Origin: Phoronis australis | Lineage: Eukaryota > Animalia > Phoronida | Length of the DNA: 64,000 bases | Direction of reading: 5' to 3' | Assembly: GCA_002633005.1 (NCBI GenBank) | Contig: NMRA01000935.1 | Span: forward strand, 1-64,000 | Notes under the pieces: generated by a model | The model's input: only the letters and a program-made list of their open reading frames with translations | What the model was told of the DNA's origin: nothing | Databases searched by the model: none | In this document: one piece after another, positions 1 to 12,295 of the stretch | Position numbering within the stretch: position 1 is the first letter of the stretch | How the letters are laid out: every line of letters starts with the position of its first letter | Position numbers and translations under genes: made by a program

Positions 1-85
1 AGATTGCCTGGGACTATTGAAGGCTGCAATATTGAGAGGTCCGAACAGTTTAATTGTGTGACTGCCATTAACAATTGCCCAAAAG
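1..85 (+). CDS. Gene A, exon 2 equivalent (5' end at or beyond the window edge): RLPGTIEGCNIERSEQFNCVTAINNCPK
   Basis: Open frame ends in G|GTAAGT (phase 1). Homologous to exon 51969-52069 (GCNI...C.TAI.NCP), and the following intron is also similar. Confidence 0.85.
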
Positions 86-311
86 GTAAGTACAAATTTC
101 AACAATTTGCAGCATTCCAGCGTGTTTTTCATGAAATTTACAAAATTCCATGATCAATATTTGATCCTTGCACACTACTAATTGACAGTGTTATCTAATG
201 GAGTTTTTTCTACAAAGTAATCACACATTTACCTCAGTCAAAATAAATTTGAAGTGTTTGACCTGGAATGAAACAGTATAGAGACGTACTTTATTTTCAC
301 TAAATCAATAA

Positions 312-1658
312 AGGTGAATGTCACCAAAGAACAACCCCTTTTGTATCAATTTACGTGAGTGGATGCACTCAGTAACATCAAGATCAGTTTTTTACGTGGC
401 AACAGACGACAGACGGAGGTGCTGAAATTAACCAATGACGTATGTTCTGACTAACACAGTCTGTTCAGCAGTGCACAACACGCTAACTTGTGTCAGCTTA
501 TTGCTTCACTTCATAGCTTTACACCAGTAAATCATCTTTATTCGATGCAGAGCCCTTACAAATGCAGTGAGTTTTTCAACAAACAACTTATTTCATTTCG
601 TTATTAAGGATTTATAGACATTTTAGTGAACCATAGCCTACAAAGTTAGGTAAGCCAACTTACCGAGGACGGTTGCGGTAATTAAGTTTGGTTCTGTTCG
701 TTGAGAAATTATAATTATGCTTCCGTCAAATACAGACAAGAGAGCATAGCTGTGTGTTGTGATCTTAGATTTGCGAATTTTTTCAAGTCTAAAGACAAAA
801 ACACTCGGTATAACCCAGTGGCTCGGAACCAGATCGCGGACTAGAGACGTACGAACATAAAACATCCGAGTTCGTCGGCTACTAAAGTTGAAAACTGGAC
901 TTCCAGTCACGAAAAATCAAACCTATTGAACCAAAGAAATAATGTGCACGTGAATATTTTGGTGAATTGGCCGCAAAATGTAAGGTTGTACAATAACAAT
1001 GATTCGAATAATGAATATATACCTAAATAAAGATTCCCCTAACATCAGACCATAACATATAATTTCGAGTTATTGTTTCACAACAGCTTAATGTCGGCAA
1101 ACATTGGATGCGCTCACACGTCCTCGGGTGCCCGGTCAATTACAGTTTTAATGCATCTGAAGTCATTACACAAGTTGATTTATTCGTTGTTGGTTTCTCA
1201 ATATTTGCACTCATGAACACTCCAAAGGCATTACAAATTGTATCAGCATGTACTTCATTTTTAAGTTTATATTGGTTAGAGTGAGAATAAGTCATATTGG
1301 AACAGAAATAGACCGGTCACAGACACGGAAATATGTCACAGCCTCATCCTTGAAATTAATAACGGCGTGCTTTTCATTCTTTACTGCCGCGAGCTTGTTC
1401 TGAAGCATTTCGGTTTCCCGGGAATATCGAAAAAACGATATACCCGCTTTCCTCGCAGCTTCATGGTTCGAGAACGATACACCAAACCAGAGTGGCACAC
1501 ACTCAGCTCAAGAACGACGGACGTCGCTGCGTCGTTTACTCACCTTCCTCACAAGTTAATGCAGCACCTGTCGGCGAGATGAGCTCAACCGCAAACGAGG
1601 TGAAGTGGATATAGACCGATTAAGGCGGTAAAAAAACGATATAAATCGGGTGTCTCTT
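312..1658. mobile_element. Kolobok-like non-autonomous DNA transposon (family K), copy 1
   Basis: Left end ATAA|AGGTGAATGTCACC; degenerate right end followed by TTAA; reverse-complement homology to 48056-49483 and 53563-54798. Confidence 0.75.
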
Positions 1659-2565
1659 TTAATTTGATTGCAACCATACAGTTTTTGCATACAAACAGTA
1701 CTGCGACAATATTCCATCAACATCAGTTTTTCTCAAACACAGTCACAAGGTGGAGCAGGTTAGCCTGTTCTATGACCTTTAGTCATAGTTTGTGTTTCCA
1801 CACGGAAGAAAGATTAGTATCATATACAAATTAGCACAGACAATAATTGTAAATTGCCCTGTTTCTGTTCAAGTCTCTTGTGTATCATGCCATAGTCAAA
1901 GATTGGTTCCGTTGTAGATCAACAAAACACTGTAACATACAAACGATTCGAACTAGTAGCCGCATCCGGAAATCAATCCTTTTTTCTTGCAAAGACGGAA
2001 AACGCATTTTATGATTGTTCTAGTTTTTTTTTGCAGATTAAGCATGCTTCCCACATACTTTTGTAATGATTCGAAATGGAAATCAACGAAACTGGTAGGC
2101 GTGAATCTGTAGCTAAATATGCTCACTGTGTGTGCTTTTTGTCCCACTGTATCGGAGACTTACTTGTCTGTGCAAAATGCGTCGACTTAGATTAATTTGA
2201 AATTGGATTTGGTTATGGAAAGATATTATTCATTCTTACTCAGTCATTTTTAATACGCTACATAATCTAGCGAGCAGATGTATTTTACCGGAGAAAAAAC
2301 TGCTCACTCAATCCGTAGATACGCTTCAAAAAGAAAGTTTTAATGTTCTTACATTTATCCCAGTTCTTGAACTTTTTCATACTGAAGAGTCACTAAAACT
2401 GGAATCTCACTCACCGATAATATTTTTTCAAAGGCGTTCATCCCAGGAGTGAATTTAATCATTGATTGCTTTTACGGAATGCTTTCCAGATTTGACGTAA
2501 TAAAACAAGAGGTACATGTAAGCAGTAAATGTCAAAGTCAGTTTACCGCTTATTTTCTTGAATAG

Positions 2566-2709
2566 AATGTAAAGATAGCAGTGGTCGCATTCACAAGCAG
2601 AACGAAGAGTGGGAGGAGTTAAAGTTCGGGGTTCTACATGATTGTACGTGTAAAGTCCCAATCCCATGGATTCCTCATATGCCACCTACAGGAATGTGCA
2701 ATCCACGAG
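2566..2709 (+). CDS. Gene A, exon 3: FN1-like module 1 (ECKDSSGRIHKQNEEWEELKFGVLHDCTCKVPIPWIPHMPPTGMCNPRG)
   Basis: TTTTCTTGAATAG acceptor, AG|GTATAC donor, 144 nt, phase 1-1, no stops; paralogous to 60493-60669. Confidence 0.88.
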
Positions 2710-3700
2710 GTATACACTTTTAGTCATTTAATATACAACATATGAATGAACAGATAATTTCTCATTTCATTACCTAATGTGGAACGTTAGAGGGTTGCAA
2801 TAATTAGTCAATCATTAAACAGTAATGAGAACTTGGGTTATTTTTCAGAAACAGCGTCAAAGAACTTAATTATCATCATCTTGAGTTAACCTTTATATAC
2901 ATGTATGGCACGTACGAAAAAAGATAAGAACTTTCCAATAAGAACAAATTGGAAGAATCATTGTTATGAACGAATTTGAGTAAGAATAAGATACCGTAGT
3001 CACGTTTTATGCTTATCCGATTACCACTTAAAGAGACATGGAACGCGAAAACTCGTCAGAAATTTCTTTTAAACACTTCCTGGCGAACGGTACCATCGCG
3101 CAACGTCTAGTACAGAGTAATGTAATTCACTGACTCCTGTGAGGAAAGTTCCACAAAAATTCCCAAAATTCACGATTTTTGAAAGACTCGCGAAGGAAAA
3201 ACTCTGTGGTAACTTCAAAGTTTCTAATCTCCTCAAAGATGATAAATGTGCGCATGCACACACAGTCAGTAGATTGAGGCCAAAGGTCACATTTTCCATA
3301 TAAAGGAATTGTGCTACGTTCACGTCTTGCCATTCCACATAAGGAGACGTGCTTTACCTTGTAGGAGAAAAATGGACAAAGTGGCAAGTAGTTGACAGAT
3401 CGTTTTTTTTGAAATTTGAAACTAAAATCACATGCTTTGATATCAACAGAAATTAATCAACTTCACGAACAAACCCTAAAAATACCTGGTGTGCAGGTTG
3501 CATTCTGTTTCAGTGGAAGAGAAGTACTTTCAATATTGCAATTTAGTCTGTTCATGGCGTTCCTGGCCTCTCTAAGTAAACGCATACAGTATTATAAAAA
3601 TATTACTTTCTACCGATTTGGTTCGGAAAGCACACAACAGTCAGTGATCATTATGTAGGTTAAATTATCACTCGATTGATTATCATGTCTTTATCTTAAG

Positions 3701-3858
3701 GTTGCGCTGGTCCATGCAGTCGTCAAATGCGCTACGGGGAGCAGTATTACAAGGTACTTGATGGCAACAGATACGTGTGCGGGTGCTACGAAGGGCCATC
3801 TCCCAATTTAGAGAATGACTCTTCCCTTTCGCACATTTTGTGTGCTATTCTTCGTTAG
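3701..3858 (+). CDS. Gene A, last exon: FN1-like module 2 (GCAGPCSRQMRYGEQYYKVLDGNRYVCGCYEGPSPNLENDSSLSHILCAILR*)
   Basis: TCTTTATCTTAAG acceptor, phase 1, TAG at 3856-3858; paralogous to 61037-61179 including the first 40 nt of 3'UTR. Confidence 0.88.
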
Positions 3859-4900
3859 CAAACATTCAGAGTTTGCACATTGACTTGTAAAGAATGAAAA
3901 GATGTCAATACAAAAAGTGTGCTAACTATTGGTCTGGTGTCAAGTGTTTGAAAGATCAAGATAATAGTGAACAATGCCTCCCACCATCACTTTCAAAACA
4001 CCTTAAGTTCGAAAGTGTCATGCGTGTAAGTGCGACATTTCAAACGACAGGGGCATTCATATATGTTTTTGTTGCGTCTATTAAATTACAATTTCTAAAG
4101 TTGGTTCAATTATTATATATGTACTAGTTAATAAGTATTGGAACTGGCAACTGCTGTTTTGCTCAATTTAAGTAACCGTGTTGCATTTTGCGGTAGTCGT
4201 AAAAACGGTGCCGAATGTAAACAGTTGAATTCAAAGATAGCCATTTATGAAAGTGAACATGTTGTTCTAATTCAAATAAACATTCTCCAGTTTCATGAGA
4301 TTAACCAATTCCATTTTCTTTCTTGTTTTCCACGTACTCAGGCGGACGTGTTAAGACAGAGGATTTGCAGAGTAACATTCGTTATTACGTTTTGCTCCAC
4401 CAGAATCCACACGCTAATGACTCACCGATCTGCGCGCGCATCTCATGTAATCTCGAAGTGCAGTTAGCAGTGAGTTAACATCGTGTATTCCCAGTCGAGG
4501 CTAAGGATTGGATAGAGTAACAAAACGTCTCGACTGCACCACGGCAATGACAAAAGTAACTTCTAAATATGCGAGCAAAGGTAATGCTAAATTGATCCGA
4601 TGCAAGGCGCTCAACGCTTGCTAAATAAAAACATATAAATGTACGAAGTTGTACTAAATATTGAACACAAACGGTTACAAGCATGCTGCAAATTAGTCGG
4701 TAAACCAAAGATTAAACAAATTTGTGAAAACGTTTTGAATTAAATAAGGTCATGTACCTAACCTTATCTCAAAGGGGACGTCTTGAATTCAAAGAAGGAC
4801 GCGCCTCTTTCCTGCTCAGCATTTTACTATCAAGCTTTGTTTCACATAAAAATCACCGATACAGAAATGTAAATATATATCTTATTCATTGAGGCGTGGA

Positions 4901-5164
4901 ATATGTTGCAAGCAGTTTATCCAGTTCAATCCGACATCTTTTTGGTCACACCACGTGACCTAATGAATACAAGTCCGAAAAGATTTCTGACCACCTACCA
5001 GGACTCGAACAAAGAACCTTCTGCTCAGCGTGCAGAGGCTCAAGCCTCTGGACGATCGGGTTCCGGTCGGGGACAGAAATCTTTTCGGACTCCTGTTCAT
5101 TAGGCCACATGACGTGACCAACAAAAAATGGCGGATTGAACGGGATAAACTGCTTGCAAAATAT
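4901..5164. repeat. ~265 bp foldback (palindromic MITE-like element) with tRNA-3'-end-like inner arms
   Basis: TTGCAAGCAGTTTATCC...GTCCGAAAAGATTTCTG is the reverse complement of CAGAAATCTTTTCGGAC...GGATAAACTGCTTGCAA; arms ~110 bp. Confidence 0.85.
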
Positions 5165-7715
5165 ACAAAAATGTTTGCACTGATTTTACTGCTGTGTGCC
5201 ATCATATACCCTCATGATCAAGGTTTCATTGAAATACTTCAACAAAGAATCGTGTTCCACAATACATTCGCAGCATTTCACAGCGCGATTGAAAAGTTAT
5301 CCACAGCGCTTCAACCTCACATACCACGCGCATGGAAACTAAAAAATAATGTAGTACGTTTTCCTGTTATTCAGAGAGTTACATGTACATTCAGTTTTCT
5401 CAATCCCGTTAGTCGCCGTAGCCCTGAATTAAAATATCCTCGAGCCCCAGATATTGTCTCTGCTTCAGAATGAGTCGTTTTGCATTCAAGAATCGCGATT
5501 GTTTGTGATTGGAACTTAGTTCATTTGCACACAATGCAATCAATGTTTTAAGAACTATTCAACTTTTTCAGACCCTTTAAAGGGTTACTAAATGGAATAA
5601 AAACACATTTTATTTATGCCAGTTCCGCCTCATAGGTAGACATTCAGAGTAGTAAACTGTATGTAAGTTGTGAACCTGATTTCGGAATGGTGAAAATTCG
5701 GAGTAATAAGCCTTCAGAGTAGTGAACATTCGGAATAAATGCATGTAACCTCAGGAATCTCTTCCATCAAGTTCGTTGCTAACATGAAGTGTGCGAGGTT
5801 GTTCCCAATTGACAGTGATTTACAAGAGAAGACTTTTATTCACTAAACAAAAATTTTTATTAAATCCAAATTCTACGTATTTTATCTTTGTATTCTTATT
5901 CTTCTTATTACTCTGCGCGTGTAAGCGCAGAGCTGTTGTTCCTGGGTTTTCTTCAATTTTATTCTTATTCTTATTACTCTTCTCTTTAAAGCGCAGAGTT
6001 TTGCTGTTCTACGTATTTTATCTTTTTTATTCTTATTCTTCTTATTCTTCCTTCCTTTTCAGATTGTTATTACTGTTATATCGATTCACTAACAAAAGTC
6101 ATATTCACTGTAGTGGATACGATCATCAAGGGATTTCTATTGATGATATACATGTAGTTTTGACCCAAAATGCACCGGAATGACCTCAAATGGGTCAAGG
6201 AGTGCTTTTTTACAAAATGCTTCTTTTCCTACAGGTTTTTAGATAGAATTTTCGAATTTTGGTCACAAGTAGACAATAGAAATATGCATCAGACATTTAT
6301 TTGGAATTCTAATCAGATGAATGGAATTGAGTTTCCGGGTCAAAGGTCATTCAGTGCAAAATTGATTTTTGAGCTAGACCTTAGATAAACATACATATGA
6401 TTAACATTCAAAAAGGAAGTTCAGTCAAAAACTTGTGGGTCAGTAGGTGCAACTTAAGGGTCATAAAGTGCAGTTTTCTGTTAAATTTAAGACTTTTTCA
6501 ATCAGCTTGTACTTACATGTAAATGATAACAAGCAGGTACTAGAGAAGTGCACCCGAAATTTACTTGGAATTTAACTCAGATCAAGGGAACCGATATTCC
6601 GGGTTAAAGGGCATAAATTCAAAAGTGATTATTGAGCTAGACCTTCCCTAATCACGCATATGATCAATATCCATAAAGAAGTTCAGTCACAAACTTTGGT
6701 GTCACTAATGGCAAGTTTGGGGTCATTTAGTGCAGTTTTCTGTTAATTTTAAGACTTTTTCAGTCAACATGTACTTACCTGATGCAAGAGTGAGAGCGTT
6801 CATATTCATGGTGGTTCAATCAAGTGCACCTTGATGTATTTTCTATCATTTTTTCGACATCACAATCGCTTTACCAAAGATTCACGCACATATGCCGCGT
6901 AGAGACAAATACCTCTTCACCACGTATTCACATCTTCCCGTTCGCAATTGTTTTATTTTACATAATTTGTCAATATGTTGTTGACAGAAAATATTTATTT
7001 TTGGAACAACGTGAACGACCAACTGATAGGGGCCTACGTGAACATGTAACTAGTCCAGATTTTAACGTCACCGATACCTCAAAAAACGGAATGCGCAAAG
7101 CTACAATTGGCTGTTGCCTCAACAGTGGTCATTCCGTGTTTGATGACACCGTGGAAACCGTAACCATAGTATGATTTCGAAGTAGGAGCCATCGCAGTCA
7201 GTGGGTTTAGGGCATACTAGACCATGAATTTCGCGTCTGTACTGCAAGGGTCAATATGAAAATAAAACTCCCGGAGTGAGAGCTCTTCGCGGTGTAACAA
7301 CTCACTCACTATCCCAACATCATGGGTGCGTGATAGGAGACCCGTGAATAACTTAAAAAACACAAAAAGATGCAGTTTGGCGTAACACAAACAAAATCAA
7401 TTGTGGGCGAAAGACTGTCAAAAATAGCTGCGTTTACAAAATGACTAAAGCGTTGTATTGACCGGGAAGCAGCCAATCTAATTCAACTTATTGACGTCAC
7501 GAGTCAAATTAAATATCAAATGTAAAGAAAACTTTCACGTTTTTTATCCAAAACTTCTTGCATTGTCCATAATCCAATGTTTACTATTACCGATTGCCCT
7601 GAAGTGGTGTTACACAACCGACGTTAACTCATGTAACCGAGACAGTAAAACCAGGTTAATTTATTTGACCCTGTGCTACGACGAACATGCATCGACACGC
7701 AGAGTGGTATCAGCC

Positions 7716-8731
7716 TGACAACATATTACCCAACTGCTACTCTAGCCTAAAAATAGCAGCCTACCAGCTGGTCGGCTGATGGCCGGTCGGCTGAAGGGTC
7801 GGCTGGAGGGTCGGCTGGGGAGTCGCCTAATGAGTCGGCACTGCGGGCGGCTAATAGTAGCTTGACCGGCCGGCTATTATTACGTATTAGCCTCTGTTTG
7901 TTACGCGGGTTTTGGTGACTAGCGTTTCTCGTGTATAGCGGCATTCGTTGACAAGATCTGTAAGGCGAATCATGTGTTTTCATCGGATGCTGAAACTTTT
8001 ATATTGAGCAGACTGTTAGCCAAACTGTTGTAAGTACTGAGTATTATGGCATAGTATGTTTGTACTCGTGTGCATTTATAAGTTTAGAGCGTGTATACAT
8101 GTACATGTAGTTGTTTAAAGGATAGTATATTCGGCTGCTTGTTAATTTATTTACGCTTACTAGCCGAGTACTTAGACTGTGTTTTTTCTTCATTACAGAT
8201 AACCGCTTTATTGGACACTTCTTATCGGTAGCAACCAAATAATAAAGTGTGTTATGGAAACGGCTTTGTTTTGTTATCCCTGTAGCCAGACGCGGTTACA
8301 GTTATTACTCTAGCTTACATTCATTCATTTAGAACAATAATATTCATTGTTATTGATCAGATAGTTAAGAGATTTATATTGATATTTTTTCGACCCTAAA
8401 TGCACTAGGATGACCTGAAAGGGGTCAATTAGTGCATTTTTTCAAAATGCTTATTCTTCTACAGTTTTTTAGATAGACTCTTCGAATTTTGTTAACAAGT
8501 AGGGACTAAAGAAGTGCATCAGAAATTTACACGGATTTCCAATCGGACCAAGGGAACCGAGTTTCCGGGTCAAAGGTCATTAAGTGCAAAAGTGATTTTT
8601 GAGCTAGACCTTTCATAATCATGCATATTATTACCACTTCTTATCGGTAGCAACCAAATAATAAAGTGTGTTATGCAAACGGCTTTGTTTTGTTATCCCT
8701 GTAGCCAGACGCGGCCACATTAGTTATAACA
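7716..8731 (+). mobile_element. Probable 5' LTR of a BEL/Pao retrotransposon (start approximate; 3' part duplicated)
   Basis: AATAAA-containing segment ends TATAACA, followed by PBS-like TGGTGTCC and then gag; ~12 bp GGTCGGCTG tandem repeats at 7770-7840. Confidence 0.55.
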
Positions 8732-8763
8732 GTGGTGTCCTAGCACTATTGACAGTCGTGCTA

Positions 8764-11700
8764 ATGGAAGTTTCACCAACCGACCATGAGACCGTCTCAC
8801 ATTCTGACGAATTACCAGGTGAGGCGGAGTTGCGTGAGAGACAAGTTGTCGTTCCTGCGTATTGTGTGTATGGTGAGGACGCCCTTACATGTAGCTCTGT
8901 ATCCGCTCACACAGCAAACACTGCTTTGAGTGCTAGGTCGCAGTCTTCAGTTGTTAGCGTCGGGTTGAAGAAGGCCAAGTTGCTGGCGCGTAAACAAGCA
9001 TTGGAAGCGGAGATGCTGATCAAGGAACAGAAGGCAAAACTGGAGTCGCGGATCAAGCAGCAGCAGTTGGAGCGTGAAACAAGAGCGAAAATACGTGAGA
9101 TACGAGCCAGAGAACGCGAGGCTGAGGCGACAGCTTGTGAAGAAGGAGAATGTCTGATGTTTAGAGTCACAGGTTAAAGAAGAACAGTTGTCCTTAGAAA
9201 GACGTGCGAGAGCACTGCAGATAGACACGAAACTCGCAATAGCCGATGCACACGAGAGCATTTCCCATGGACAGGAGCCGACGTCTATTAGTTGGCCAGC
9301 GTCATCAGTGCCGATGGTGCGTGGACCATCCGTCATCGTCAGTACGCCAGTGACTTCAAAGCTGTTATCATGTAACCTGCCCGTGACGGTTAGTGCGTCA
9401 GCGACTTCAACGCCACCGGTTGACGAACCTACGCCGATCGCGTGGAAACAAGTGACGTCATCAGTGCCTTATTGTGGAACGTCGAAAGTTGCTGTCCAAT
9501 CAGTGGACAAAGCTACACATGTGGACGTTGTGCAACAGACTGTTAATGAGCAAGGGACTCAAAATAGTTTATCTCGTAATAGTTTGGTTCATAGTGATCC
9601 TACATTAGCAAATATTCAAGTATCTACTGATAATGCTCATGTTGTGTCTGGTTGTTGCTCTGTGCCTATTTTCAGTCTAACTGCAGGTGATAGTTCGGCC
9701 GTTCGGATTTCTGCTGCGAAGAATGACGTCAAGAGTACAGGGTAATACCTACATCTACAGAGGTCGATGCAGTTGCACTACCATTGAGTGTTTCATCTTC
9801 GCATGCTACCGTCACTCAGTTTGAGGGATGTGGTAAGCAGTACAGATATCCTGAGGTATGTCATAGAGAACTGTTAGATCCTACAGCTCGTTCCTTTACA
9901 CCGAACGACACTTCAACAAATACAGTTGTTGCAGCTTATCAAAACTTAGCCTGTTCGGTGTCGCTGCCGATTACTGAGGTTCCCAAGTTTGATGGAGATG
10001 TATTAATTTACTCGTCCTTCCTTATGGCGTTTGATGCTAGAGTGTCTGCGAAGGTATCTAACCGGTCAGACTTTACTATTTAGATCAACAGCTGGTTGGG
10101 GAACCGAAGGATTTGATTGGAGGATGCTTGTACATGGATCCTGCACGTGGTTATATGGAAGCACGGAAACTGTTGGACATGGAATACGGCGACCACTTCA
10201 AGATAGCGAATGCTTATGTGGACAAACTTTACAAGTGGTCCAGCATCAAGAGTGAAGATGCTTCTGCTTTGCGTCGGTATGCTCATTATCTAGATCGATG
10301 TCGGCATGCGATGATGAGTATTTCATCACTTAAATCATCCATCTAACCTTCAGACGGCTGTACGTAAGTTACCCTTGTACTTGCAAAATAAATGGAGGGA
10401 CAAAGCTGCATCTTATAGAAATGCAAGGTTTCGGGCATGCTTCACTGATTTAGTTGACTTTGTTTCACACGCTTCTCAGGCCGCAAGTGATCCAGTGTTT
10501 GGCAAAGATGCATTGTTTAGTTCGGGTGCTGCCTATTCCGATCAAACCCGCACCACTAAGAGTGCTAATTCCTTCTCTGCCGAGTTTGGCAGAAGTGGAG
10601 AGGTTGTCATGTCATGTTTATTTTGTAGCCGAGATCACGATATCAATAGCTGTTCCAACTTTATGGAAAAGACGTATGAAGAAAGAAGAGCCTTCATTGC
10701 AGCTGTGTTTCGGGTGTCTTCGAGGTAACCATTTGGTGAAGGGCTGTCCAAAAAAGAAAATTTGTGCCAGATATTCCCAGCCTCATCCGACATGTCTTCA
10801 CAACAATGGGTATACGTCACGTAAGAACCGAATTGATTCTGGAACTCAGACCGAGGGAGCTAATCAGCATTATTGTCTGGTAGTTGATGATGCAATTGCT
10901 TCTTGCGAGATTTTGCAATTCATACTTCCGGTTAGAATTTATCATGAATCATCAGATTCCTTTACTAACACTTACGCATTCTATGATCAGGGTAGCACTG
11001 CATGCTTTATTTCGGAGGCGCTGCTACAGCAGATTGATGTTGATTCCGTACCTGTTACGCTGCATCTTAATACCATGCATGGATCTACGTTTTTTGATTC
11101 TAGCGTCGTTTCAGGACTTGTAGTCAAGGACTTACAGGGGGCGAATGCCGTGCGTCTTCCCAAGACTTACTCTCGTCACGAAATACCTGTTCAGCATTGT
11201 CACATTCCCAGGCCAGAGGTTCTTCGCAAGTCTTGAGGCGTTAGCTGACTGTGTTGCAAATTTTGTGCCGCTTCTTGATATTGGGTTGTTGATTGGCAGC
11301 AATTGTCCGCTTGCATTGGAGTCTTTGGAGGTGTTTCCATCCTCAAGGAATGGACCGTTTGGCGTGATGCTACGGCATGGGTGGACTGTCAATGGCCCTG
11401 TGAACGTGGCCGGAGGTGAAGTACGCGAGACGTCGTGCCACACGGTGTGTGTTCAGGATGTTGCTGTCAGCAGGAGAATAGCTATGAACCAGAGTATTGA
11501 TGATAATCGCCAGGTGCTGGAACGAGATTTCTGTGATACAGAAAGTCATCACTTCGACGAGAAGGGTATGTGTGTGGAAGATCGTCGATTTATGAAGAAA
11601 TCTTTTGTGGCCTTGACACAGGGGCTTCTCTTACCACTGATAGTTGTTGAGCTGGCATCCCTCTTGGTTGTGTTATTCTTCTTGAGTGGTTATTCAATTC

Positions 11701-12295
11701 GTGTACCATTCCTGCTGTCAATTGGACCGAGGGAACATCCACTAGTTGATGCAAGGGAAGTACGCAAACTTACAGATGAGGCACTGGCTGTAACATTCAC
11801 CCGGTTTATTGTTGAGCCTTTTGAACACATTGTGGAGGCCATCAAGGAAATTAACCAGGAAGCGGTGAGTGATGTGCTTTTAAAGGACGGTATTCGTTGG
11901 CATTTCAACCCTCCGGCTGCAAGCCATATGGGCGGCGTCTGGGAACGGCAAATTCACTCAATTCGCAGGGTGCTGTCAGTATTGTTGAGAGATTTGGGTA
12001 GCCAGTGTAACGACGAGATACTGCGGACATTGTTTTGCGAAGTTGAAAGTATTATCAATTCGAGGCCTCTTACGACTGTCTCTTCTGATCCTATAGATTT
12101 ACAGCCACTCACCCCAAGCCATTTGCTCTCTCTGAAGACTTCGACTATTACGCCACCTGGTGTGTTCGAGACAGCGGACTTGTACAGTCGAAAACGATGG
12201 CGGAGAGTCCAGAAATTTAGCTGAGCAGTTCTGGGTTAGATGGCGCAAGGAGTACTTAGTGATGCTTCAGGCTCGTCAGAAATGGCATTACCCTA
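8764..12295 (+). mobile_element. Degenerate BEL/Pao gag-protease-integrase; RT/RNaseH missing, 3' LTR absent
   Basis: VPKFDGDV, LIGGCLYMDPARGYMEAR, three Cys/His knuckles, protease YAFYDQGSTACFISE, LLIGSNCPLALE, integrase WHFNPPAASHMGGVWER / IINSRPLT / LTPSHLL / FWVRWRKEYL; multiple stops and frameshifts. Confidence 0.93.
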
